A stretch of DNA of 64,000 nucleotides, from assembly GCF_006345805.1 (NCBI RefSeq), contig NW_021833110.1:1-64000 (forward strand), given 5' to 3'. The notes below the pieces were generated by a model. It saw only the letters and a list, made by a program, of their open reading frames with translations. It did no database searches and was not told the DNA's origin. How positions within the stretch are numbered: the first letter of the stretch is position 1; each line of letters opens with the position of its first letter. This DNA is from Octopus sinensis. Lineage: Eukaryota. The position numbers and the translations under genes are program-made. Positions 11,879 to 26,564 of this stretch are shown in pieces.

Positions 11879-13245
11879 ATACATACACACATGCATACAT
11901 ATATATGTACATACATGTATACATACATACATACATACATGCATACATATGTACATACATACATATATTCACACACATGCTTACGCACACTTTCATACAC
12001 AGACACATATTACACTAACGGCCATGTATTTGCATGCGTGAGTATACACGTGTAATTATACACAGGTGAGGCGTATTTATGCGTTATTGTAAATGTTTGT
12101 ATATGCACAGACACGCACAGAGACTTATGTGTGTGTGTGTGTGTATACGTATATGTACAAACACACACATATGTATATATATATATACATCTATATATTT
12201 ATGTATATATATATCTATATATATATATATATATATATATATTATGCATATCTATAATATATATATATAAAGAGAGAGGGAGGAGAGATCAATATATTGA
12301 TATTTCTGTATTTATCGATGTTTATGTTTATATATATTCATATATACATAAGAATGTGTGTGTTGGTATGTATGTACGTATATATATATACATATGTGTG
12401 TGTGTGTTGGTATGTATGTACGTATATATATATATATATATATATATATGTCTGTGTGTGTATGTATCTATGTATGTATGTATAAATATATGTAAATATA
12501 AGTGTATATGGTGCACAAATGCACATGACTGCTTGCATGCATATGTCAAAATGTATATGCATGTATATACGCGCACCAATCATTCGATGCTATTTCCAGT
12601 GATTTCAACGTATTTTCTTTTTCTGTTGCGAATGAACGAAAATTAAATCATAGGTTTGCTTTTATTTTGGGAATTAGCTCTTGGAGAATATATTTTATTC
12701 ATTTTAATGCTTTCCTCCATTATTAGGAAAAACATACATCTGCCTACATCAATGTGCAAATATAAACTAACACACCAACCGAAGCATATACAAATGCACA
12801 AAACACACACACACACACTTGCATACGTATTTATTCACATAAAGACAGTAGTCTTACCTGCATACAAACACAACCACACACACACACCATGCAAGCACAT
12901 GTATATTTACATAGATAAAATCATGTAGTACCGACTATATTTATGCGCTAGTGTGAAAGAAAATGAAAAATAAATGGTAAAATGAATTCTAGGAGTAAAT
13001 TGGAAATTGCAAGAAAAAAAGATGGTATAAATATATGTCAGATTTATGTACTTAAATCTACATGTAAATGCACATGGATGCACACAAACTTGCATTCATA
13101 TATTCATAGTCAACCTCTCAGAAGCAACAGCATAGAAATGCGTACACACGTATTTCTATCCATGCATTTGTCTATTAATATAAAAGTATAAAAATATATA
13201 TACATACAAAAATACATACATGTGTGTACGTGTATGTGTGTGTGT

Positions 13246-13297
<52 letters not shown>

Positions 13298-13683
13298 CAT
13301 ATTTATATATGTTTTATATTTTTAGATAACATTGAAAGAAACGTACAATCGTTCACAGCCACACACGCAAAACACCAAGATGTGTTCAAGAAAGTATAAA
13401 TGGATCTGTGTTTCCAGGAGTTGGCTATAAGTTTGTATATGAAAGCCGGAGTATAAAGACATTTATTCCAAATACATAGAAGACCCAGATGAAAAAAAAA
13501 ATTATATTTGTATGAAACGCTCATTCAATTCAGGAATCCACGCTACAAAATAAAATGTAGACTTATTTAATATGATTTTTCTGTACATAAGCTTATATAT
13601 ATAATATAATATGTTGTTTTTTCTCAACATTGTTAGATATATTTATTATATTAGCACTCCTGTTTCGTGTATTTTGATATTAT

Positions 13684-13717
<34 letters not shown>

Positions 13718-13750
13718 GATATATATATATATAGATATATATATATATAC

Positions 13751-13805
<55 letters not shown>

Positions 13806-14086
13806 CACACACACACCATATATATATATATATATTATGTATGTATCTGTATATGCTGAAACATTTCGCAGAAAATATTTTGTCGTAGTACACAGTGATA
13901 TAATATATATGTGTGTGAATGTGTGTGTATCTATGGGTATATATATTATATATATTTATGTATTTCAACCGTTAAAAATTCGACGGAGTACTTATAATTT
14001 AAATTTACCACTTATTGTATCGGACTCTAAACCGCTAAATTTCAGGAACTAAGAAACCAATATCCTTGCTCAAGCAGTGACTGGAA

Positions 14087-15121
14087 ATAAATACAAACGC
14101 TAAGACCTAAGGCACACCCAATAAGTTTCGAGATTCAATTTAGCATATTCATCATTTTTCCTGTATATACGGTGAAAGAGTTAAATTTACCCTGTTTAAA
14201 TACCTCCTTGTGTATATGTATGTCGTTTTAAGAAAAATTTAGATCCAGAGAAGAAGCAGATTGCAAGACGTAGAGCAGTGTTTGTTTGTTTTTCTACTGA
14301 AGGCCGTTTATGGGGTTTACGACCTCAGCGAAATATGAACTCAGAACGTAAAGGCGAAAAAAATTGTACTAAACATTCTGCCCCTCGTCCTAACGATTCT
14401 TTCTTCCCATTTTCTTATATTAATACACATGCACACATACACACACACACACACACAACACACACACACACACACATAAATATATATATATATATATATA
14501 TGTATATACACATACACATTTGAATGAGTGAAACTTTCTAAAGCATCTCAGAAAAGGAAAGGTGAGTGAGAGCTGCGGCAGTCAGTCGACACAACCACAA
14601 AAGGAAAAAGTTATAGAAAATATTGTCGGTATTATCGTTGAATAATATTTCTCACCATCAGAGTATCATCTTATGTGAGAATCATTTCAAAGAGACAGAA
14701 AGTCTTTGCGTGGGTGATTCCTCTTGAATCACAATGCCGTTTCCGTGCTTCTTTTGTCAGATTCACCATTTCTACTGCAAGGCAACTGCGATAGATACAC
14801 AGAGTATATCTGACGTCTTCTTGGAATGAAGAAGACATTTGACAGTATGTCCATTTTACTTTTGACAGTATGTCCATTTTACTTACCTCACAGGTTCGTG
14901 CAACGTTCGATTGTATGTCGTGCTGTGCTTTCTGTTGCATGGATTGCATCCTCTCTCCCACGCTACTTGCTTTATATATATTCCGGTGAATCTATGTACA
15001 AACACACACGTGAGCACACACCAACACACATTCAGAAACGTGGACATGCAAACACATATACACAGACATACATAGATATCTGTATCTAGCTTTCTATATG
15101 TATGTATGCACGTATGCATGT

Positions 15122-15190
<69 letters not shown>

Positions 15191-15542
15191 TTTTTGTGTG
15201 TGTATGTGTGCGTACGTGTGTGTGTATTAATATAAGAAAATGGGAAGGAAGAATCGTTAGCACAAGGGCAAAATGTTTAGTACCATTTTCTTCGTCTTTA
15301 AGTTCTGAGTTCAAATTTCGCTGAGGTCGTAAACCCCATAAACGGCCTTCAGCAGGAAAAAAACACTGCTCTACGTTTTGCAATCTGCTTCTTCTCTGGA
15401 TCTATATTTTTCTATAAACAACACACATATATACAAGAAGGTATTTAAACAGGGCAAATATAACTCTTTCACCATAGATTCAAGAAAAATGATGAATCTC
15501 GAAGCTTATTTGGTGTGCATAAGTCATAGTATTTGTATTTAT
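14087..15542. repeat. Inverted duplication (arms about 14087-14520 and 15100-15542)
   Basis: Unique sequence, a SINE A head and microsatellites are all mirrored. About 10 mismatches in a 113-bp stretch compared by eye. Confidence 0.9.
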
Positions 15543-16060
15543 ATTGTGCATGAAACGGGACCCCAAATGCTAGTTCGAATACTGGGAAAATATTCCTTGC
15601 AATAACGCAAAGTCGGTTAAAGACGAATAAATGATCAGGTGGTGGTACTAAAACAGAAAACATGAAGCCCCTCCCAGCTATGTAGAATAAGTGTTTCTTA
15701 TGATTATCCGTCTCGTAGGAATGCTAGTGTTGAAGACACGCCCAAGGCGTCGAAAATCAGGGACTGCAACTTGAAACCTCGAGAATATGAAGCGAACGTC
15801 ATATTAACATAGTCGCACGTACAAAAGTACGCATGCGTGTACATACGTCTACAAAAGATTTGCTATTTTTGGTTCGAAGCCAGCAAATTAGCGAGAGTGG
15901 GTAAGTCATTTACATCGACCCACGTTCTCAATCAACACTCATTTTATCGACCCCCGGAATGATGAAAGACATAGCGGGAAATTCAACTTCGAATGTAAAG
16001 TGCCGGAAAGTATGCAGTGGCGTGCTAGACTCACTGATAGCTTCCTAGCTTGGTGTATAT

Positions 16061-16145
<85 letters not shown>

Positions 16146-16975
16146 TGTTTATATATAACTTTCCCCCGTCCTGATTTTTCTTCAACTCAACTTCAGGAAG
16201 AAAGAAAGAAATACACATACATTAGATATATCAAACATCGTTTCTCTTTTATAACCTTTAATTGAGCGTTAAACTAATTATTACGCAGTTTTATTCTGTC
16301 TTAGATACTTTCCTCTTATGTGTACCTGATATATATATTATACATATATATATAATATATATACAGTATAATATATGTATATATATATATATATATATTT
16401 CTGTAGGGTATATATATATATTCTTATATAAGTTATATAAGATATATATGTATACCTATATATATAATATAGTATATATATACCTTATCTATATATATAT
16501 ATATATATCTATGTGTGTCGTTGTGTGTTGTGTGTTGTGGTTGTGGTGTGTTGTTTCTGATACACGTACATATCTACATACAAGCATATATACACGCAAA
16601 TAAAACACCACACACACACATATATAAAAGTATATATACGTGTACGTTTATGGGGTGATGGTGGGTGTGTTTGTGTGTATGGTGTTTGGGAGGTGTTGTT
16701 GGTGAAACATATGTGTCTGTAGCATTGTATATCTCTACACAACTTAGTTTGTATAAATTCTTCAGGCAACAGAATATGAGCTAAAGTTACTATTGTTAAA
16801 AATGCAAATCGTTCTACTTTTGTGTCGTATTTCAAAAAAAAAAGAAAATATAAACATAATAACAACATACCAGAAAATGCTTACAGAACAAATGACATAG
16901 TTTTCAGATACACTCCATACATTCATACATTTTCAAGTATTCATTTTATAAGTTTTTAAAATGCAAATAATATAC

Positions 16976-17015
<40 letters not shown>

Positions 17016-17610
17016 GTAGATAGATAATTATACATGTATGTATATCCATTGAAATATAACAACACGAATAGTGATGTACTTTAGCACAGATGAAACTGCC
17101 TGAAAATGCTGTGAAAGCTCTCTTCAACACCAAAGATACATTTTAATGTGGGACACCGAACAATTTCTAGAAAGTAATTCCTTTTCGAGCGTGATGATGT
17201 ATATTGAATCGCCGATCTATCTTAATTTATAGGGCCGTCTGTTGGGATCGAACATGGTCATATCCAGTTAAGATTTTATGAATGTTGTTGCTACTGTTGT
17301 TGTCTATATTTCTCTCCTGTCAATTATGAATACAGTTTTCTCTATGGACCTCCCATCAGTATAGAGCGCTGTAAATGTAACACTGTTATTTGTGTGAGAC
17401 GTAGATGCTACTTCGAGCAGGTCGAGGAAGCACGAAGCGGCCCTAACGTAGCTCGAAGTCATTCTACGGGAATAAAAGCTGCATCTAAATTTTGTGAAAT
17501 AAGTGTACAAGACGGCAACGGGATATCAACTACGACCCTTTTGCAGCGCCTCCGTCACTGATGAACAAGAAGTAAGGTGTCACATTGTACATGGAAAAAT
17601 GTATGGAATA

Positions 17611-17696
17611 TTTACAAATGGCGGATTCTACAACATCTATATATGTGACATATTGTTGTGGTAAATAAAGTGATACTTTTTAGCCACTAGTAAAAT
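17611..17696 (+). repeat. 86-bp dispersed repeat (direct copy at 21142-21227, inverted partial copy at 17906-17940)
   Basis: TTTACAAATGGCGGAYTCTACAACATC...GATACTTTTTAGCCACTAGTAAAAT, with 4 mismatches between the direct copies. Confidence 0.85.
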
Positions 17697-18093
17697 ATTG
17701 ATTTCAAATATTGACATAAGGCCAATAATGCAGTGGAAGGAGTAAGTTGATTACATCGAATCCTAATCTTCAAATAGTACCTGGGCGTAATTTGAACTCA
17801 GAGCTTTAAAAAACAGAAGAAATGACGGTAAGAATTTTGTCCAGAGTGCTGAGGATTGTGTCAGCTCGCCTTGCCGAGCAGTAGAGTATTATTAACAAGC
17901 TAAGGCAATATTTTACTAGTGACTAAAGAGTATCCCTTTAAACGCGATAGCTGAACCGCGATATGGCGAGGGGTTACTGTTGTACAGAATACTAATGGCA
18001 TGGCAAACTGATGCACCGTAAAACGAATCGTATCCACAGGGGGAATATTGGCTTGCAACATTCAGAATTTGAACCAGGGACATGATGTACATA

Positions 18094-18484
18094 TTCTTGA
18101 AGCACTCCGTCGGTTACGACGACGAGGGTTCCGGTTGATCCGAATCAACGGAACAGCCTGCTCGTGAAATTAACGTGTAAGTGGCTGAGCACTCCACAGA
18201 CACGTGCACCCTTAACGTAGTTCTCGGGGATATTTAGCGTGACACAGAGAGTGACAAGGCCGGCCCTTTGAAGTACAGGTACAACAGAAACAGGAAGTAA
18301 GAGTGAGAGAAAGTTGTGGTGAAAGAGTACAGCAGGGATCACCACCATCCCCTACCGGAGTCTCGTGGAGCTTTTAGGTGTTTTCGCTCAATGAACACTC
18401 ACAACGACCGGTCTGGGAATCGAAACCGCGATACTATGACCACGAGTCCGCTGCCCTAACCACTGGGCCATTGCGCCTCCACTG
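18094..18484 (-). mobile_element. tRNA-derived SINE, family D, full length with 12-bp TSD
   Basis: Minus-strand head GTGGAGGCGCAATGGCCCAGTGGTTAGGGC (A box) and GTTTCGATTCCC (B box). TSD ATGATGTACATA at 18082-18093 and 18485-18496. Confidence 0.85.
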
Positions 18485-18743
18485 ATGATGTACATAAACC
18501 ATTAGTTCACGGAACTTCGTTCACATTGTTACTATTTGAATATATGATCGACATAGAGAAATAAAAGTTCAGCTAAACGATATTCGGTGTTAGGTTATGT
18601 GTAACTAGTAACATCTGAAATAATGTTGAAACAAAAGAGACACAGATTATTTAGATTAGCGATTAGATGAACACGAAAAGCAACTTAAAAATCAATAAGT
18701 AAGAGACAATGATTGAATAAATATATCGTGTGTATAAATACAT

Positions 18744-18774
<31 letters not shown>

Positions 18775-18918
18775 ATAATATATATATATATATCTATTAT
18801 ATATATATAATATATATATATAATATATATACTATATATATTGAAACAACATATACGTGGAAGTGTGTAAACAATTCCTTAGTTAATAAATAGATATATA
18901 GATATATAGATAGACAGT

Positions 18919-18952
<34 letters not shown>

Positions 18953-18974
18953 TGTATGGATGTATGAATGTATA

Positions 18975-19130
18975 CGGTGAGGACGCATGGTTAAGTGTTT
19001 AAAGCGTCGGGTTTATGATCGCGTGTTCGATTCTCGGACTGGGCCGCGTTTGTTTTGTGCTTGAGCAAGACACTTCATTTTACGATGGCCCACATCGCTC
19101 AGCTGTAGATATGAGATCCGACGTCACTGG
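18975..19130 (+). mobile_element. 5' part of tRNA-derived SINE, family C
   Basis: TGGTTAAGTGTTTAAAGCG...GTTCGATTCTCGGAC...CTTGAGCAAGACACTT, homologous to 32438-32590. Confidence 0.7.
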
Positions 19131-19344
19131 TAAAATTTCCACTTAATTTCTTATTTTGATTTTCCTAAAAGTTTCGTTGCGTTTTGCAACCTTTTCAATA
19201 GTATTGACTCTCACCGTTATTTACACTGCGTTTTGTGCGCATGTGCACAAACAAACAAAAAGGAAAGTAATAAGTGGAGATTTTACCGATGAGTGTGTTA
19301 CATTATATGGCACAAAAAGAAAATGACACTCTCCGCTGACACAA

Positions 19345-19382
<38 letters not shown>

Positions 19383-19406
19383 TATATATATATAATAAAG
19401 TTATCC

Positions 19407-19803
19407 AAACAAGAAAACACAAAAAAAAACAACACGCGAGGACGTGGAACAAAAATAGTATTATTGGACGCTCAGGAAAGAAGGAAGAAGGAGGGTTTAA
19501 CATTTCGAGCGCGAGCTCTCTTCGGAACATAGGAGAAGGAAATCCCGAGAAGGGAAGACAGAGGAAAAAAATCGCCAACGGTACACACGAGGTCACAGTT
19601 AAACCAAAATGAAAACAACAAAAGAAAACACAACAACGTAAGGACGTGGAACAAGTATAGTGTTATTGGACCCTCAGGAAAGGTAAGAAAAAAGGAGGGA
19701 TCAACGTTTCGAGCGGAGCTCTTCGTCAGAAACTAAGGAAGAGGAAAGATCCAAGGAAGAGAAGACGGAGAAAAAACATCGCCAACAATACACACGCGCT
19801 CAC
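19407..19803 (-). mobile_element. Two tandem ~200-bp Penelope-like units, each with a hammerhead motif
   Basis: GACGTGGAACA recurs at 19441 and 19643. Minus-strand HHR CUGACGA A GAGC ucc GCUC GAAACGUU at 19733-19699, with a decayed copy at 19528-19495. Confidence 0.65.
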
Positions 19804-20249
19804 ACACACACCACACACATACATACACAACAACACTCACACCACACTCACACACACTCACACACACACACCCACATGTATTATAGATATATATAATATA
19901 TATATATATATAATATATATATATATATATACTGTCTGAACACGTCAATACTGCAATATTGACCGTATGGTTAAGAAGGGAATGGTTTGTTTTATTGTGT
20001 TGAATTTTCTTGTAACTGGAGAGAGCAATAAACGATGCAATCTGATGAAACTACTTGTTAATTGAGAGCAAGTCTGTCTGTAGTATCCAGAAGAATAATC
20101 TGGAAATGCTTTTCAATTCCATTTGATTTCGTATAGGATTACTAATGGAATAGACGCAGAAAACGCCAGGATAATCTTACAGGAATCAATGGCGACGGTG
20201 TTGATGCATTGCCAAATACATATATACGTAATGGCGGCATAAGCGCACG

Positions 20250-20295
<46 letters not shown>

Positions 20296-20677
20296 TACAC
20301 ACACATACACACACATACACACATTTATATTTAGTTTTGTAGATATACAGAAACATAGAGAAAAATATTTAAAAAACCCCAGAGATTGTTAGATACTTGG
20401 ATATCTGCGTGCGTCTGAGCGTGTGCGCGTTAATGCAATATATATAAGAATATATGTGTGTGAGTGTGTGTATGTGTGTGTATGTGTGTGTGTATGTATA
20501 TATATATCTTTATGTATCTCTCTCTCGATCGTATAATACATATATGTGTGTGCGTGTATATAGATATGTATATGTATATATCTCTGTCTGTCTGTATGTC
20601 TGTCTGTCTGTCTCTCTCACGCTATATATATATATATATATATACATACATAGATCCACACACACACCACACACACA

Positions 20678-20733
<56 letters not shown>

Positions 20734-21716
20734 AATGTAAACGTGTGTCTATTCACGTGTACGTGAATATCCTCTGAACTGAAATTAAATCAATTTAAAT
20801 TGGTTATTTTCCTATGACGTAGTTCCCAATACAATATACGGACTTACACGTTCACTTTATTCACGTCTTTTCATTCTTCGCACATTTTCGACTCCGGTTC
20901 GTCTCCGTATGCCGAATGACGAGCAATAATCGAAACATTGAGGAAACTATTAAAAAGCTAAACGAAATGGGCTTTCCCATGTTCGTCCTTTTCAGTGACA
21001 GAGGATGACAAATCAACTCCTCATTAGACATTGAATTCAAGTGACCGGAGAAATAACTCTGTTCACATCGTATTCTTGGAAGAACAAGTAGAACATTGTA
21101 TTTAGTTGAAATGAAATGGCGTTTCTTCAGGTTTTCCGATTTTTACAAATGGCGGACTCTACAACATCTGTATATGCGACATTTTGTTGTGGTAAATAAA
21201 GTGATACTTTTTAGCCACTAGTAAAATTTTTACTTAGTTTTTAACTAAAATATTTACTTAGTTTTTAATATTGAGATTGGTTTTAGTTCAAGAATTTTCT
21301 CTTTGTTCAGTCTTTGGAAAATCAAGAATATCAGGAAACTAGTAAAAAAATTTCAGTAACAATTGTAATAAAACTGCAAAGGAGAATTTAACTCGAAATA
21401 TCTTTACACGTTAAATCTGGGAAGGTTGTACACGGCAAATGGCACCTAAGGACCACGCAATTGTGTTAAAAGGAGTAGTTGCTTAACACTACCGCTCCAT
21501 ACTTAGTACCCTGCTATAATTTTACCTCGAATATCCCCTTGAATATTTAAGATTGATATTTGTGTATACGGAAAGGCAAAATTAGTTGTTTGAAAGGAAG
21601 ATCTTACTCCGAAACTTCTGCGATTTTTGAAAGTAGCTTCTAGTAATTTTTGTCCACAAATCTATGATCCTGTAGCCTCTGTATTTTATTTATTAGTTTC
21701 TTGGAGACTCATTCCT

Positions 21717-21754
<38 letters not shown>

Positions 21755-22413
21755 ACTCTCTCTCTCTCTCTCTCTCTTTCTCTTTCTCTCTCTCTCCCTT
21801 TCTTTTATGTGCGTTGCTGACGGGAGACGGCACCCATGAACCGGACGAGCATGAGAGATTTTGAGGACAGATGAACTTTGGGGAAAAGGTACAACAGTAA
21901 ATTTGCATTGCATTGAGACGGCGTTTTATTGTTTATTCAGCGAGCTTTCTATTTCCACGACTTTAAACTCGACGTATCAGTGCCCTTTTTAACTTTCAGG
22001 TGCGGTGACGGATTCATATAATATTTGGATATATTCGCTCATCGGTGATTTTATCTGATACATTCCAAGGTGCCAAAACTTACCCGAGTTTTGCATACTT
22101 TAGTCCCATGACCAATTTTACTATTGGATCCACAATTGAATACCTTGCTACATATTACGACCACGTGACGGAGAGGACTTGGCAGCACTGGTAAAAATAG
22201 GGGAAAGGCATAATCGCCACAACTCTGGATTTCTTGAATTGGATTCTGATTATCGCATGCCATTTAATGTCTTTCTCATATCATGTCTCCTAGGAATGGA
22301 ACAATATCCGTTGATGCAAAGATCAATTTTGTATCTTTCTCAAGAAAAACAGCGAAAGTTTGGTAAGGGTTTTCAATAAGGAAAACAGATAGATAGAGAT
22401 ATAGAGGGTGAGT

Positions 22414-22456
<43 letters not shown>

Positions 22457-23134
22457 TGAGAGAGAAAGACAGTTTTATCAAAAGTAGACCAGAAGCTAGA
22501 AGATTAGGGTGACAATAACACAAATTCTCAAACATAAAAGGCACTAAAACATAATTCCAAATATCCTCCGCAAATACCACGCCAGGCATTTGGTAAGAAA
22601 TATCAACGCATTTCGGAACCAGTAATAGTCTTTCGAAAACACCAGAGTTTACTTCGCTTCGTCGTAATTAAACACACTATCAACTCGAACAATATGTTCT
22701 GTTGTTCGTGTTATGTAGCTATTTATGTTATTTAACATTTTCTCGTTAGAAATTTTACTAGTCCAATAGGAGACACTTTATAATTGTTTTATAATTAGGA
22801 AAGACCTCTACTTGCTTCCATTTGTGGTAAATATATTGCTTTTCTATTGCATTAGCTTTGGGTATTCAAAATTCAGCCATTAGATGCCATGCTGCCGTCT
22901 GGTCTTTTTAATTCCCGCAGCGTCCACATAAAGTAATATCAAAATAAAATCTTTCGAGACGAGATAATCTTTTGATGCCATTTAATCTTTTTTTCTTTCG
23001 TTATTTGTTTTTATTTTTAAGTATCAATTTGAATATATCAGCTTCTAATATTTTTCATTGGGGTTCAGATATATATATATATATTATATATATTTTGTGT
23101 GTTTGTGTGTTTGTGTGTACATATATTATATCAT

Positions 23135-23172
<38 letters not shown>

Positions 23173-23238
23173 ATGTGTGTGTGTGTGTGGTGGTGTGTGT
23201 ATATATAGTATATATAATATATATATAACATATATATG

Positions 23239-23269
<31 letters not shown>

Positions 23270-24557
23270 ACATATATATATATGTGTATATATATGTAAG
23301 AATGTATATATATATATATATATGTACGCATGTGTTATTCAGTTTATTAACTTCTAGTTATTTGTGGTATGTATATAATTTCCTTTTTCTTTTCTTTCTT
23401 ATGCCATTATCGTTCTGTCTTTACTGAATCTATTTTCTGTATCTTTTCGTCAGTGGTTGCATATTGCATCATGGTATCGGTATAAACAGGTGAACTCATG
23501 AGATAGAGAGATGGATGCGAAATTTAGCTTGATACAACTTCGACCAATTAACTTAGACAAAAATACATTTTTTTGTGGAGCTTCAAATTTAAAATGGAGA
23601 CGAAAAAATGTACCTCCATTAACGTCATTTGATTTCACTTTTTAGTCAATATGTCAATGAAGATTGAATGTAAATTGGTCCTAAGTTCAAATAGAGAATG
23701 CACTGAAAACGTTTTTGCATCATTAGCGCCACTCAGTGCCGTATATTTTATGGAAGGTTTCAAAAGTAAGAGAGAAAATATATAATGACATGAAAATTCC
23801 GAAAGCCTTGATTTTGCATGACAAAGTGGTAGACAATCTTTCCTTTGAGGCTTTTTGTGATTTAAATACACCAAACAAGGGTGAAAATTTGCATTAATGA
23901 GAGTTGAAGGAAATTTAATTGACAATCTTGATTGGAGTGTAACTCGTCATTATTGACAATTGCTGCAAGCAATTGTCTTATTAGAAGTGCTCACGCAACA
24001 TAGTCAACTCACTTAGCCAGAAAGAGGTCATTAATATTGACAGAAATAGTGCAAAATAGCCGCAAAGTAAAACAAAAACACTATCTCTGTTATCGCTACT
24101 GCCACGTCTTCCATCATCACCAGCGCTCTCACTGCAGTCAACAGAACGAAAACAGCAATTCATTCGCTGACGTCGACATTGGTACTTTCGACATTGGTTA
24201 ATTCCAAGTTAAGGATCAAGTAGGAAAAAAATGTCATCGCAGAATGTTTCCTCTCTACGGAATCACTGAACGAATGTATGAGATTGAACATGGTATAATT
24301 AATATATTCGACGAAAAATACATCGAAATGAGATTTCCAGCCTACCAACAGAAAAATGGAAGTTCTGCTAGTGTAAAGCAACATGGTTGCCCCATTTTCC
24401 ACGCTGGTGCATATGAAAAACGGCATTTTCTTTTTAAACCTAAAGATATGTAGATTTTTATATATTGTATTTCCACTTTCATTCTCTTATTTCTTTCTCT
24501 CTATATTCCCTATCTCCTCCTCTTCCATAATAATAAACTCCAATATCTTCTCCCACC

Positions 24558-24603
24558 GTCTCTGATGAAGGAATATCCATAATATCCCAGAAAACTGTAA
24601 GAC
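24558..24603 (+). ncRNA. Degenerate minimal hammerhead motif
   Basis: GUCU CUGAUGA A GGAAUAU ccaua AUAUCCC A GAAA ACUGU A AGAC. Stem I GUCU/AGAC, 7-bp stem II with one mismatch, imperfect stem III. Confidence 0.5.
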
Positions 24604-24977
24604 TATTTTTATATAATTCCTTGAAAAACTCCCCAAACACTTGGCTTTGTTTTCTCATTCTCTTCTCTCTAATATATATATCTATATATATATATATATA
24701 TATATGATATATATAATATATATATATATATAATGCATATATGCACACACACACGTATGTATGTGTATAACTGTAAGATCCAGGTATCGAGGTGTAAGAA
24801 GAAAGTTGTCTTTAATCAAATCAAGATATCCTTGGCCTGAATAGTAGCCGGCAGTATACATCGCACTTGGATGCTACCACTTCTGAAGTTCCACCGCAAT
24901 GAAACCTATGTAGCTCGAACCTCCCTGCTCCATTCCGTAACTCTTCTCTCTCTCCGTCCCCCTCTCTCTCCCTCTAT

Positions 24978-25044
<67 letters not shown>

Positions 25045-26461
25045 ATATATATATATGCTTTATATAACAAGATTGGAGGGTGTTTCCACACAGGAAAAAT
25101 AGGGGAAAATTTGTTAAAATTGCACCTAAATTGAAAAACGTGTGATTGTTTTTAAATAAATTTAGCATACCAAACTACTTTCAACAAATTTTTTTCTTTA
25201 TCAATGGTAAATTTAAATGAATTAGATAAACATGTTGAAAAGTTTCAACGTTTACAAATTTCAATAATATCAAACATGATCAAAATGTTCATAATATTCG
25301 ATAATATAAAAGATGTGGATCATCTTTTTTAAATTCACAAAATTCAATAATCGATGAGAAATGTGGATCAACAAAGGTATGATGGTATTGAGTTAAGAGG
25401 GAAAAAACAAGGGTGAAATGAGGACAGTAAAAAAAAGGGTTTTGGTTACAGTTCTTGTGTTTCTTTGTCCGTCATGTTCGGGAACTTCCGCTTGTAATGG
25501 CGTTTTTTGGAATCCAGTGTATTAATGATTTTTTTTTCCGTGAACGGATCTGACATTTGACTCATTAAAGTACTGGTGGCGTCTTATTTTTCTGGTGGTC
25601 AAGTTTGTCGTTCTGCTTGGTTGGCCTCCCTATGGGGAACAGCCAGCAGCTGTTCCAGTTGGTTGATTCTCATAAAGAGTCATTTCGTTGTATTTCATCG
25701 GTGCAGATCAATGAAATTTTACCTCAGATCAAGACCGAACTTCAGCAATTACAACAAAATGACCCTTTAAGAGATCCAGCTGAGTGGACCGGAGCAGCTT
25801 GAAATAAGGTGTCTTCCAGTCGTAGCATTGCCACAGACTAAATCTTTAGTACAACACCGCATCGTATAATTCACTTATTTATCTCTCACAAACCTTTCTT
25901 CTTTCCTTTTATTCAACATGGCCATTGTTGACAATAAAATATAGTTTAACACTAATTGACTATTTTACGACGTAAAAAATAAACACAGAGAATATTTAAA
26001 AATTCTGTATACCAGTTCATAATTCAATTATTTTTGTGGACTTCAGTTATGTAAATCAAAATACATTTTTTTTTGGTTGTTTTTCTTGCTTCATTTTTCC
26101 AAACCTTTCGATTATTTTATTGTTTATTCAAGTTCCACAAGCCTGTCATTATGTCCGTCCTCTCATCTCCAGTCTCTCACTCTTTTTTTCCTTTCTTTGT
26201 TGTTAGCTTTTGTGTCACGTTCCGTTTGTTACATTATTTTTTCGTGAAAAAGAAATTATTATAACTACCTTGGTCGTTTGGTTGTTTATTTGTTTTACAT
26301 ACATCCATACAAACATACATACATTACACATACACACACACCTATCTATATATATAATATATAATATATATATAAATAAATATAATAAATATATATATAA
26401 TATATATATATATATAATATATATATATAATATATGCGTGTGTGTGTTTCATATATATATG

Positions 26462-26564
<103 letters not shown>

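Noticed and set aside
21985-22330. Splice-acceptor-like TTTTTAACTTTCAG and short open frames
   Set aside because: All frames close quickly and no family is recognisable.
25576-25802. Protein-like short ORFs
   Set aside because: The 3' end is an antisense SINE C core fragment and the rest is unrecognised.
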